DNA of 60,549 nucleotides, filler included, from Hydrolagus affinis (taxonomy: Eukaryota), in assembly GCA_012026655.1 (NCBI GenBank). It is 5 parts of 5 records of this genome, joined end to end, with 100 filler letters (N's around TTAATTAATTAA, not from the genome) between each part and the next. Parts side by side here need not be neighbours in the genome. Positions count along the whole stretch, not along the records: positions 1 to 10,347 come from JAAILG010025485.1; positions 10,448 to 24,006 come from JAAILG010020364.1; 3 more parts are not named here. One strand, given 5' to 3'. Both the position numbers and the translations under genes were made by a program. Below the pieces are notes generated by a model. It ran no database searches and was not told where the DNA came from. It was given only the letters and a program-made list of their open reading frames with translations. Position 1 is the first letter of the stretch. Each line of letters starts with the position of its first letter. Shown in pieces: positions 1 through 11,085 of the stretch.

Positions 1-10
1 ACAGACTCAT
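1..10 (-). other. Start of a TCR-beta V leader exon whose gene lies left of the window
   Basis: ACAGACTCAT is the reverse complement of ATGAGTCTGT, the start of the array's leaders; the usual upstream flank of the repeat unit follows (11-330). Confidence 0.6.
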
Positions 11-459
11 TGTTGGCGGAGACTTGGATTAACCTTGGGATCTTCACACCAGAGCTCAGGTTTGTCTCCCGCCTCTCTCTCTCTCTCTCTCTGAAACGGT
101 CTTTCTGAATAACTAACCTCTGGCACGCAAACTTAGTCTCTCTCTCTCTATCTCTCTCTCACACACACACAAATACTCTCTGTTTTCTCTGTCACTGTGG
201 ACTGAAGCTCTGGCAAAAAATAGGCACCAATGACACCAAAGTGTAATCAGCACATGGAAAGTGGGTGTCCCTCCCCCCAGCCCCCAGTGTGACATTGGTG
301 GGAGGTTTGAAATGTGGGGGAGGGGAGGCGTTACGGAGACAGGCATTAAGAACACACACAACAAGTTGGATCACTTAGGACTGGGAGAGGGACGTGCTGT
401 GAGATTTCCGTGGATTTAAAAAGTTCGCAAGTAACAGGGAGATGTTGAGAACCACTCTC

Positions 460-508
460 AGGCCCAGAGGATGGAGACCAGAGAGACGGTGAGAGAGGAC
501 AGACTCAT
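460..508 (-). pseudogene. Orphan TRBV leader exon (MSLSSLTVSLVSILWA), donor mutated, no V exon downstream
   Basis: 49-nt homolog of the other leaders. Donor reads GAGAGT instead of GTGAGT. After about 100 bp of intron-like sequence it runs into the previous unit's upstream flank. Confidence 0.75.
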
Positions 509-1142
509 TGCTCGGCAGAGATTTGGACTAGTTTTGGGATCTTCACACCAAGACTCTTTCCATTCTTCTGCACTGCTTCTGTGTCTCTCACAGTCACTCT
601 ATTCTATTTAACTTTCCCACTGACACTCCAATCCCTCCCTAATGTGGTCTAGCTCTGTACCTCACAGTCTGTCTCTCTCTGTCTCACACACACACAAAGA
701 GGATCTCTCTCTGCTTCTGTGTCTTTGGCTAGAAGCTCTGGTAAAGACTCCAAGGATGCCAAACTGTTGGAACCCTCAACGGAAGTGAGCCTTGATCCCA
801 TCCCACTCCAATCCGACCAAGAGCGACATTGCTGGTAGGTTTGAGATGTGGGGGAGAGGTATCTGTCTTAGTGAAGCTACAGCCTCTGCCAGGATATGGT
901 ATGGGAAGGCTTGGGTAGGTCACAAAATTGGTCACAGATTCACAGAATCACACATAGCACACAGTGGACAGGAGAGTCGAGATGGAGCAGTGTCTACTCT
1001 GATGCTGAGCATCTTTTATTCTCTGTGTTGATGTACGTAATGCTTATAGAGGCTGGGGGCAGGTGTTGGTGGGGCAACGGCTGGTTTGTCTGTGTGTGTG
1101 TGTGTGTGTGCGGTAAACTGAGACGTTGTGTATCCAGTGTGA

Positions 1143-1181
1143 GGTTTATGTATGAGAGATCTGTCTCTCTCTCACGCTATG
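1143..1181 (-). other. 23-RSS of TRBV copy 1 (non-canonical heptamer)
   Basis: CATAGCG - 23 nt - ACATAAACC; the CAC of the heptamer is altered. Confidence 0.85.
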
Positions 1182-1739
1182 CCCTTGTCTAGCAGCACAG
1201 TAATACACCCCCTCCTGGGCTGTGTTGCTGATGGAGATCTCCAGGGAGGAATCCTTGTAGTCACTACTCTGTGTGATGGTGTAATTGGCAAGAGCAAATT
1301 CCTTCTCATTCTTTGGTGTTGATAAGTAGCCATATCCTATCAATGTGAGGCCTCCCTGGTGGGGTTGGAGGTACCAGAGCATTGTATTCAGGGCTGATTC
1401 ATTCTGGTAACACCTCAAAGTCACAGTCTCTCCCTCTCTGGCTGTGACTGTCCCCGGCCACTGAGTCACCAACTCTGCCTGTGACAGACCTGCAAAGACA
1501 ACAGAACAATGTGATCCCGCCGACAGGGAATCTGGGCTCAATGTCTTATAGAATATAGAAGTTCTCAGTATTACGTACACACAAAAAAAACAAAAGGATG
1601 CATCATCTTGGACACAGAGTGGAATGTGATATAAAATCCCAGTGGGAATGGGAGCCTGATGGGTATTCAAAGGTGTGGACAGATACTCACAAGGCCACAG
1701 GGTGGAGACCAGAGAGACAGTGAGAAAGCACAGAAACAT
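1182..1739 (-). CDS. TRBV: TCR beta V gene, copy 1 (leader 1691-1739, V exon 1182-1489)
   Basis: Leader MFLCFLTVSLVSTLWP, GTGAGT donor, TTTGCAG acceptor, phase 1. V exon VTQ..TLRC..MLWY..LTLIGY..YYCAAR resembles fish TRBV families (recalled family motifs, no search run). RSS heptamer defective. Confidence 0.88.
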
Positions 1740-2295
1740 TGTTGGCGTAAAGTTGGATTAGCCTTGGGATCTTCACACCAGAGCTCAGTTTCTCTCCTGC
1801 CTTCTACACTCTTTCTGTATCTGTCACAATCACTCTTTCTATTTAACTTTCCCAATGACACTCCCGTCTCTACCAAATATTTTCTAGCTTGGTATCTCAC
1901 ATACACACTCTCTCTCGCACATACACATACACTCACACACAAACAAACTCTCCCTCTGTCTTTGACGTGAACCTCTGGCAGAGTTCAAACCACGAATGAT
2001 ACCAAAAAGTTGGCCTTGTTGCAAGCGAGCCTTGACCCCACCCCCTCCTCTCGACCCAATGTGACATTGGTGGGAGGATTGAGATGTGGGGGAGGGGTAT
2101 GTGTCTTGCTGAAGCTACAGCCTCCGCCAGGGTATGGTAGGGGAGGGGGTCGCAAAATTGGTCACAGATTCACAGTAAGACACAGAGCACACAGTGGACA
2201 GGAGAGTCGAGATGGAGCTGTGTCTGCTGTGAAGCTGAACCACTTTGATTCTCTGTGTTGATATGCGTAATGCTTGCAGAGGCTGGGGGCAGGTG

Positions 2296-2813
2296 TGTGG
2301 AAGTATAATTAAACATACACCCGTGTGATCAAACTATATTATAATTAGAACTAATATTGTGATAATTACTAACCTCATTAACGTAAAACAGACACATATA
2401 CTGATCTAGTTGAACTAAAAGAACTCTCAGTATCTTGGTATTCAAAGAAGGTCTGGTCAACATTCATTTCTCACGGGAACGGACAGGCGTCCTTGAGCCG
2501 AGTGGTACCACTGACGCCAGCAGCTGTACCTATCTCCATGTGACTTTGATAAGTAATTACGTGTGTTAAGATAGCATTCATTTCTGTCCATTCCCTCTGT
2601 AATTCAACTAATAGATTCTGTATTGTTTTAAGTGTATAAAAGGAGGAGTTGGACTGTTCCAAACTCAGAGGACAAGAGCGACTCCCATTGAGAGACACAT
2701 ATTCTCCTCTCCTTTACTAGTATCGTATTAATAAAGTGCATTCTAATTATCGATTTGAAGTGTTGTTATCTAATAGCTAGAGAAATAATACTACACAAAT
2801 ATCGGATTCAACA
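2296..2813 (+). mobile_element. Solo LTR (518 bp)
   Basis: TG...CA termini; 4-bp target duplication GGTG (2292-2295 and 2814-2817); the empty site GGCAGGTGTTGGTGGG is in the paralogous unit near 1058; TATAAAA 2635-2641; AATAAA 2730-2735. Confidence 0.85.
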
Positions 2814-2900
2814 GGTGTTGGTGGGTGAACGGCTGGTTTGTCTGTGTGTGTGTGTGTGTGTGTGTCTGTGGTGAACTGTGACATTGTCTATCCCGTGTGA

Positions 2901-2939
2901 GGTTTATGTATGAGAGATCTGCCTCTCTCACACGCTGTG
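2901..2939 (-). other. 23-RSS of TRBV copy 2
   Basis: CACAGCG - 23 nt - ACATAAACC. Confidence 0.9.
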
Positions 2940-3478
2940 CCCTTCTCTAGCAGCACAGTAATACACCCCCCCCTGGGCTGTGTTGCTGATGGGGATCTCC
3001 AGGGAGGATTCCTTGTTGCCATCAGTCTGTGTAATGGTGTAGCCAGATTTAAAATTATTCTCATAATTTGGGCTGGAAGATCTGCTATATCCTATCAATG
3101 TGAGGCCTCCCTGGTGGGGTTGGAGGTACCAGAGCATTGTGTCAAGGGCAGCATTATTGTGCTGACATGTCAAAGTCAAAGTCACCGTCTCTCCCTCTCT
3201 GGCTGTGACTGTCCCCGGCCTCTGAGTCACCAACTCTGCCAGTGACAAACCTGCAAAGACAACATAACAATGATCCTGTTGTCGGGGAATCTGGGCTCAA
3301 TGTGATGGGCGGATTCATGAGATGCTTAACATACACAAAGCGGGTTCATCTCGGGCACAGGGAGAGGATAAGGAATGCCTGTTGGATTGAGAGTTGGTGG
3401 GGAATAGAGAGATGATGAGAGATACTCACAGGGCCAGAGGATGGAGATCAGAGAGACAGTGAGAATGGACAGACTCAT
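2940..3478 (-). CDS. TRBV: TCR beta V gene, copy 2 (leader 3430-3478, V exon 2940-3250)
   Basis: Leader MSLSILTVSLISILWP; intact splice sites; open V exon with both Cys and Trp; 2-residue insertion before the first Cys (TLTLTC). Confidence 0.9.
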
Positions 3479-4329
3479 TGTTGGTCAGAGACTTGAGACT
3501 AACCGTGAGTTCTTCACAACAGACCTAAGGTTTCTCTCCCCCTCACTGTCTGTCTCCCTTACCCTCTCCCTCCGAAAAGCTCTTTATGTTTCAATGGTTG
3601 ACTTCCTATTTCTTTCTCGAATAGCGCACCCTCTGTCACCCAAGCTTAGTCTTTCTCTCACACTCACATGATCTGTTTCTCTGTGGACTGAAGCTCTGAC
3701 GAATAAAGGCACCAGTGACCAATGTGTTAGCACCACATGAGATGTGAGTGTCCCGCCTCCAACCCTCCAGTGTGACATTGGATGGAGGTTTGAGATGTGG
3801 GGGAGAGGAGGTGACTTAGTGAAGCTACAGCCCCCCTCAGGGCTGGGAACAGTCGGTCGCAAAATGGGTCAAAGACTCAGACACAGAGACAGAAGAAACA
3901 GTGTGGAGAGAAGGCCAGAGGGACCCATGGCTACTCTAGCCTTGAATATCTTTTTTCTCTCTGTCCCTCAATCACCTGAGTTCATGATCCTGTGTGAGGA
4001 TTACATAGGACTGGGAACAGTCGGTTGCAAGATTGGTCCCAGATTCATGTACAGGAACACAGAGAGAGCAATGTGGAGAGAAGGCCAGATGGATCCCTGT
4101 CTACTCTGGCCTTGAATATCTTTTCTCCTTGCTGTCTCCCGTTTCCCATATTCTCTACTCTTTCCACTGAACCCTTTTTTCTCTCTGTCTCTCAACTGTG
4201 TTGATGTGTTTTATTTTTCGAGATATTGTGGGCAGGTGGTGGTGGGGGAGGGGATGGATTGTGCATCTGCGATGGTGGGGGGCTGGGGGTGGCAGTGTGG
4301 TGGAGGGAGTCTTTGTGTATCCTGTGTGA

Positions 4330-4368
4330 GGTTTATGTATGAGAGATCTGTCTCTCTCTCACACTGTG
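4330..4368 (-). other. 23-RSS of TRBV copy 3
   Basis: CACAGTG - 23 nt - ACATAAACC. Confidence 0.92.
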
Positions 4369-4905
4369 CCCTTCTCTAGCAGCACAGTAATACACCCCCT
4401 CCTGGCCTGTGTTGCTGATGGAGAACTCCAGGGAAGATTCCTTCTTGTCTTTTGACTTTGTGATGTTGTAGCCAGGTTTAAAACCATCCTCATACTCGAT
4501 TCTTGCATAATAGACATATCCAATTAATGTGAGGCCTCCCTGATGGGGTTGGAGGTACCAGAGCATTATATCATAATCTGTGTCATTCTGGTAACATCTC
4601 AAGGTCACTCTCTCTCCCTCTCTGGCTGTGACTGTCCCCGGCCACTGAGTCACCAACTCTGCCAGTGACAGACCTGCAAAGACAATGTAAGATCCATCAT
4701 CCTGCCCACAGGGAATGTCCTGGTCTGATTCCCGGGATCACAGACACAAACACACCCACACATACAGACCCACAATCACAGAAATCTGGGATGTTGTGAA
4801 ATCCCAGTGGAATTGGGAGCCTGGAGGGGAATTGAGAGATGTGGAGAGATACTCACATGGCCAGAGGATGGACACCAGAGAGACAGTGAGAAAGGACAGA
4901 CTCAT
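4369..4905 (-). CDS. TRBV: TCR beta V gene, copy 3 (leader 4857-4905, V exon 4369-4673)
   Basis: Intact leader, splice sites and V exon (TLRC...MLWY...YYCAAREG); canonical heptamer. Confidence 0.92.
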
Positions 4906-5592
4906 TGTTGGCAGGGACTTGGATTAACCTTGGGATCTTCACACCAGAGCTAAGATTTTCTCTCACTTATGCTCTTTCTTTGTCTCCCGTACTCTTGTCT
5001 TTGCAGTAACTTTCTTAACTACATTCCCCTCTCAGCAAACCGTTGTCCAGCTGTATCTCTCACTGTCTCTCTCTCTCGCTCTCACACACACACACACACA
5101 CACACACGGTATCTCTGTCTCTGAGGAGTGAACCTCTGGCAAAGTAAAGGCACCAATAGTATTCAGTGTCGGCACCAGAACGGAAGTGGCCAGCCCTCTC
5201 CGCACCCCACTACGCCCCACCCCCCCCCCACCACCACACACCACACGCACTCACACTTGGTGTTACATTAGTGGGAGGTGAAGACACAGGGGAGGGGAGG
5301 GGAGATTGTGAAGCTACAGCATGCCTCAGGCTTTACAATAGAAGGTCATAGCATAGGCCTTGGAGTCGGAGACAGAGATACAGAAGGAACAGTTTGGAGG
5401 GTAGGGCAGACAGAGCTGTGACTACTTTGACATGAACATCTTTTATTCTCTGTCTCTCAATCGTCTGTGTTGATGTGTTTTATTTTTGCAGAGACAAAGG
5501 GCAGGTGTTGGTGGGGGGCAGGAGCTGGCTTCTATGTCTGGCTCTGTGTGTGTGTCTGTGTGGTTGATCGAGTCATTGTGTTTTCTGTGTGA

Positions 5593-5631
5593 GGTTTATG
5601 TATGAGAGATCTGTCTCTCTCTCACGCTGTG
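5593..5631 (-). other. 23-RSS of TRBV copy 4
   Basis: CACAGCG - 23 nt - ACATAAACC. Confidence 0.9.
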
Positions 5632-6185
5632 CCCTTCTCTAGCAGCACAGTAATACACCCCCTCCTGAGCTGTGTTGCTGATGGAGATCTCCAAGGTGGA
5701 ATCCTTTTTGTCTGTTGTCTTTGTGATGTTGTAGCCAGATTGAAAACCATCCTCATAATTTGTTGGTGAGTAATAGAGATATCCAATTAATGTGAGGCCT
5801 CCCTGTTGGGGTTGGAGGTACCAGAGCATTACATTAAGAGCTGATTCATTCTGGTAACATCTCAAGGTCACAGTCTCTCCATCTCTGGCTGCGACTGTCC
5901 CCGGCCACTGAGTCACCAACTCTGCCAGTGACAGACCTGCAAAGACAATGTAACATCCATCATCCTGCCCACAGGGAATGTCCTGGTCAGATTTCTGGGA
6001 TCACACACACACACACATAAATACACAAATGTTCATTAGGATCATACATCTCAGATAGAGAGAATGGGTGATGTTATGAAATCCCAATGGAATTGGGAGC
6101 CTGAGGGGGAATCGAGAGATGTTGAGAGATACTCACAGGGCCAGAGAATGGAGATCAGAGAGACAGTGAGAAACGACAGACTCAT
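5632..6185 (-). CDS. TRBV: TCR beta V gene, copy 4 (leader 6137-6185, V exon 5632-5936)
   Basis: Intact leader, splice sites, V exon and RSS. Confidence 0.92.
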
Positions 6186-6784
6186 TGTTGTCAGAGACTT
6201 GGATTAATCTTGGGATCTTCACACCAGAGATCAGGGTTCTCTCAAGTACACTCTTTATATTTCAAATGCTCACTTCCTATTTCATTCTTGAAAGCACTCC
6301 ATCTATCTCCCGAATGTTATCTCCCTCTATCTCACACACACATTCTCCCTCTGTCTCTCTCTGTCACTGTGGAATGAAGCTCTCTAGAGTAAATGCACCA
6401 ATGACAACCAAGTTTAGGCACCACATCAGGTGTCAGTGTCTCGCCCCCACCCGCCTCTCCCTCTCCCCAGTGTGACATTGGTGGGAGGTTTGAGATGTAG
6501 AGGGAGGGGAGGTGTCTCATTGAAGCTGCAGCCTCCCTCAGGGTGAGGACTGTGTAGCTTAGAAATTTAGTCCCAGGTTCAGAGACAGAGAAACAGAGGG
6601 AACAGTGTGAAGAGTAAGTGAGATGGAGCCGTGTCTACTCTGGCCCTGAAACTCTTTTATTCTCTGTCTCTCAATCAGCTGTGTTGATGTATATTTTTTT
6701 CAGAAAGTGAAGGCAGGTGTTTACTGGGGAGGGTCTGGTATCTGTGTGTGTGTTGTGAATTGAGATGTTGTGTATCCTGTGTGA

Positions 6785-6823
6785 GGTTTATGTACGAGAG
6801 ATCTGTCTCTCTCTCACACTGTG
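6785..6823 (-). other. 23-RSS of TRBV copy 5
   Basis: CACAGTG - 23 nt - ACATAAACC. Confidence 0.92.
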
Positions 6824-7531
6824 CCCTTCTCTAGCAGCACAGTAATACACCCCCTCCTGGGCTGTGTTGCTGATGGAGATATTCAGTGAGGATTCCTTGT
6901 TGTCTTCACTCTGTGTAACGGTGTAGACAGATTTAAAATCCTTCTCATAATTTGGCGTTCTCGCATATGCATATGCGATCAATGTGAGGCCTCCCTGATG
7001 GGGTTGGAGGTACCAGAGCATTGTAGTAAGGGCTGTGTCATTCTGGTAACATCCCAAGGTCACAGTCTCTCCCTCTCTGGCTGTGACAGTCCCCGGCCAC
7101 TGAGTCACCAACTCTGCCAGTGACAGACCTGCAAAGACAACGTATCATTTGCCAAAACACAAAGTACTGCAGATGCTGGAAACCTGAAACAACAACAGAG
7201 AGAGCTGGGAAAACTCAACAGGTCAGGCAGCATCTATGGAGAAAGGAAGGTGAGTCAACGTTTCGGGTCCACAACCCTGCGTCAGAACCATATCATTTGC
7301 CATCCTGCCCACAGGGAAAGTCCTGGTCAGATTTCTGGGGTCACACACATTTGCACACACCACACGGCTCCACATTCTCACACGCGGAATTACAAAAGAA
7401 AGATTATTTCGGACAATGATATAAAATCCCATTGGAATTGGGAGCCAGAGGGGGAAATTGAGAGATGTGGCGAGATACTCACAGGGCCAGAGGATGGAGA
7501 TCAGAGAGACAGTGAGAAAGGACAGACTCAT
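6824..7531 (-). CDS. TRBV: TCR beta V gene, copy 5 (leader 7483-7531, V exon 6824-7128)
   Basis: Intact leader, splice sites, V exon and canonical heptamer; intron lengthened by an insertion. Confidence 0.92.
7155..7290 (-). mobile_element. Penelope-like retroelement fragment in the TRBV copy 5 intron
   Basis: 136-bp insert flanked by a 12-bp duplication TATCATTTGCCA (7143-7154, 7291-7302); absent from the homologous intron of copy 6; related copies at about 16534, 22260 and 53935. The family name is recalled, not searched. Confidence 0.7.
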
Positions 7532-8128
7532 TGTTAGCCGAGAATTGGATTAACCTTGAGATCTTCACACCAGAGCTCGGGTATCTGTCCCACTCTATCT
7601 CTCTCTCTCTGACATACACACTTTATTTCTCACTGGCTCACTTCCTTTCTTCCTGCTTGATAGCACTCCCCCTGCCACCCAACCAATGCCTCTCACTGCA
7701 TCATTGGCACAACATCAGCAGTGAGTGTCCCACCTCTCACTCCATCCCCCCTCCACCCCCCCAATGTGATATTGGTTGGAAGGTTGACATGGGGAGGGAG
7801 TGAAGCTACAGTGGCCCCAATGGTATGGACTGGAAACAGCAGGTTGTTAAATTGGTCACAGATTCAGAGACACAACAACAACAAAAGTATAGCTAGAGAG
7901 CGCCTTTGGGAGGACACAGAGAGACACAGCGAGTACAGTGTGGAGAGTAGGCGAGACGGAGCCATGCCTAAGCTAACCTCAACCTCTTTGCACTCTCTGT
8001 CTCTCACTCATCTGAGCTGATGTGTGTTACGTTTGCAAAGACAGAGGGCAGGAGTTGGTGGAGACAAGGCTGGTTTGTGTGTGTGTGTGTGTGGTGAAGC
8101 GAGTGTTTGTGTATCCTGTCCTAAGTGA

Positions 8129-8167
8129 GGTTTATGTATGAGAGATCTGCCTCTCTCTCACGCTGTG
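8129..8167 (-). other. 23-RSS of TRBV copy 6
   Basis: CACAGCG - 23 nt - ACATAAACC. Confidence 0.9.
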
Positions 8168-8744
8168 CCCTTCTTTAGCAGCACAGTAATACACCCCTTC
8201 CTGGGCTGTGTTCCTGATGGAGATCTCCAGGGAGGAATCCTTGTTGTCTGTTGTCTTTGTGATGTTGTAGCCAGATTCAAAACGCTCCTCGTATTCAATT
8301 GATGTATAATAGGCATATCCAATTAATTTGAGGCCTCCCTGGTGGGGTTGGAGGTACCAGAGCATTGTATTCAGGGCTGATTCATTCTGGAAACATCTCA
8401 AGGTCACAGTCTCTCCCTCTCTGGCTGTGACTGTCCCCGGCCACTGAGTCACCAACTCTGCCAGTGACAGACCTGCAAAGACAACACATCATTTGCCATC
8501 CTGCCCACAGGGAATGTCCAAGTCGTCTTTCCAGGATTATTCACATTGGAACGCACGCAAATACACACACCTCCACTCTCTCACACACATATACACACAG
8601 CAGGACTATTTCGGAAAGGCAACGGTGGTAATGTAGAATCCCAGTGGAAATTGGGAGCCTGAGGGGGAAATTGAGAGATGTGGAGAGATACTCACAGGGC
8701 CAGAGGATGGAGATCAGAGAGACAGTGAGAAAGGACAGACCCAT
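8168..8744 (-). CDS. TRBV: TCR beta V gene, copy 6 (leader 8696-8744, V exon 8168-8472)
   Basis: Leader MGLSFLTVSLISILWP; intact splice sites, V exon and RSS. Confidence 0.92.
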
Positions 8745-9353
8745 TTTTGGCAGAGATGAGATTAATCTTGGGATCTTCACACCAGAGCTCTGGTTTCTCT
8801 TTCCCCCTCCCTCTCACGCAAGATCTTGATTTCTCAAAACCTCAAATCTCATTTCATTCTCGAAAGCACTCCCTCTCTCATCCAAACGTTGTTTATCTCT
8901 ATCTATGTTTCACACACATAATCTCACTGTCTCTCTCTGTCACTGTGCAATGAAGCTCTCTAGAGTAACTTCACCAATGACACCAAAGTGTAGGCACCAC
9001 ATCAGATGTCAGTGTCTCGCCCCCACCCACCTTTCCCTCTCCCCCGTGTGACATTGGTGGGAGGTTTGAGATGTAGAGGGAGGGGAGGTGTCTCAATAAA
9101 GCTGCAGCCGCCCTCAGGGTGAGGACTGTGTAGGTTGGAAATTTAGTCCCAGTTTCAGAGACACAGAGGGAACAGTGTGAAGAATAAGTGAGATGGATCC
9201 GTGTCTACTCTGGCCCTGAAACCCTTTTATTCTCTGTCTCTCAATCGGCTGTGTTGATGTATATTTTTTTCATAAAGTGAAGGCAGGTGTTTATTGGGGA
9301 GGGTCTGTTATCTGTGTATGTGTTCTGAATTGAGATGTTAGTATCCTGTGTGA

Positions 9354-9392
9354 GGTTTATGTATGAGAGATCTGCCTCTCTCTCACGCTGTG
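9354..9392 (-). other. 23-RSS of TRBV copy 7
   Basis: CACAGCG - 23 nt - ACATAAACC. Confidence 0.9.
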
Positions 9393-9923
9393 CCCTTCTC
9401 TAGCAGCACAGTAATACACCCCCTCCTGGGCTGTGTTGCTGATGGAGATCTCCAGTGAGGAATCCTTGTAGTCAGGAGTCTGTGTAATGGTGTAGACAGA
9501 TTTAAAATCCTTCTCATAGTTTGGGTTTGATGCATAGGTGTATGCGATCAATGTGAGTCCTCCCTGGTGGGGTTGGAGGTACCAGAGCATTCTTTCATAC
9601 GCTGTGTCATTCTGGTAACATCTCAAGGTCACATTCTCTCCCTCTCTGGCTGTGACTGTCCCCGGCCACTGAGTCACCAACTCTGCCAGTGACAGACCTG
9701 CAAAGACAACATAACAATGTGATCCCACCGACAGGGAATCTGGGCTCAATGTTCTTGGGTGGAATTCCTAGGTTGATGAGCACACACAAAGTGGGATCAT
9801 CTTGGAAAGAGGGTTTGCTGTGAAATGAAACCCCTCTGTGTTTAAGAGCTTTTGGGATATTGAAAGATACTCACAGGGCCAGAGGATGGAGACCAGAGAG
9901 ACAGTGAGAAAGTACAGACTCAT
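9393..9923 (-). CDS. TRBV: TCR beta V gene, copy 7 (leader 9875-9923, V exon 9393-9697)
   Basis: Leader MSLYFLTVSLVSILWP; intact splice sites, V exon and RSS. Confidence 0.92.
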
Positions 9924-10347
9924 TGTTGGCAGAGAGTTAACCTTGGGATCTTCACACCAGAGCTCAGGTTCCTCTCTCTGTCTTTCTGTCTGTGACTCAC
10001 ATGTAAACTCTTTCTCTATCTGTCACACACCCTCTCTCGCTCCCTGTCTCTGTCATTGTGGAACGACACTCAGGCTAATTAAAGTCATGAATGACACCAA
10101 AGTGTGGGCAGCACATCGGATGTGTCACCACCGCCCCCCCACCCCCCCACCCCACCCCTCTCTCACTCCACCCAATACAACATTAATCAGAGGGAATGGG
10201 AGATGTCTAAATGAAGCTATAGCCAACACAATCCTTCTTAGCCTTCCCAATTCTTCTCTCCACAGATCATCTAGCACCCTGCAGCTTGGGTTCTCTCCCA
10301 CATTCGTCTCTGGTACTCCATGACCCCCACCGTTGCCCAGCTCCACT

Positions 10348-10447
10348 NNNNNNNNNNNNNNNNNNNNNNNNNNNNNNNNNNNNNNNNNNNNTTAATTAAT
10401 TAANNNNNNNNNNNNNNNNNNNNNNNNNNNNNNNNNNNNNNNNNNNN
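10348..10447. other. Artificial contig linker
   Basis: N44-TTAATTAATTAA-N44; the core puts stop codons in all six frames. Confidence 0.97.
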
Positions 10448-11085
10448 CTGTTGTTAAATGAAACCAACCAACACAACACGCTAGACTTGTGCACCTCCCT
10501 TTACTATGGAAAGTAGTCCACAGTAGTGCACTTTACAGTGCATTCTGCGAAGCAATTTGAAACATCTAGAAGACGCGGACAGCACTCTATCAAATGCAAG
10601 GATTAATATTATTATTAGTACTATGGTCTGTCGGTGACATAGTTTGTGTAATAATAAGGATAGTGATTCTTTCATTTGATATAGCATATTATAACTTCTT
10701 TGATACGCCTCAAATCTCTTCAGATCTTTAGCACGTCTAAAGGACCTTTACGGAATATACTACCAAGGGAATTGGCTATAGAGTTGCCGATGAATTCCTG
10801 CAGTAAATTTCGCACAGCATGGTCCCTCAAACAGTGTTGAATAACAGCGAATTATTAATGATTATTTTTCTTGTAGGATTACCTTGTGTGTGGAGTAAGG
10901 AAACGTGCCCAAAGATTCAGAATGCTGATGTGGCTAAATGTCAAAATCACAAAAAATGTCAACGGCATATTAATTGCAAGACGAATGCATCTTCCTGAAA
11001 TCAGTGGCTAACTTCCGAAGCTTTTCATTATCAAACAATGTGCAATTTCATTGAAAAAAAAATAACTTTATCGTTCCCTATTCTG

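Noticed and set aside
1146-1739. 197-aa ORF reading through leader, intron and V of copy 1
   Set aside because: The 201-nt intron happens to be open and in frame; canonical splice sites shared with all paralogs show it is an intron.
1-10347. CRISPR-like or prokaryotic repeat array
   Set aside because: The periodicity is a eukaryotic V-gene tandem array with introns and RSS.
10392-10403. TTAATTAATTAA repeated four times in the window
   Set aside because: An assembly linker within N runs, not biological.
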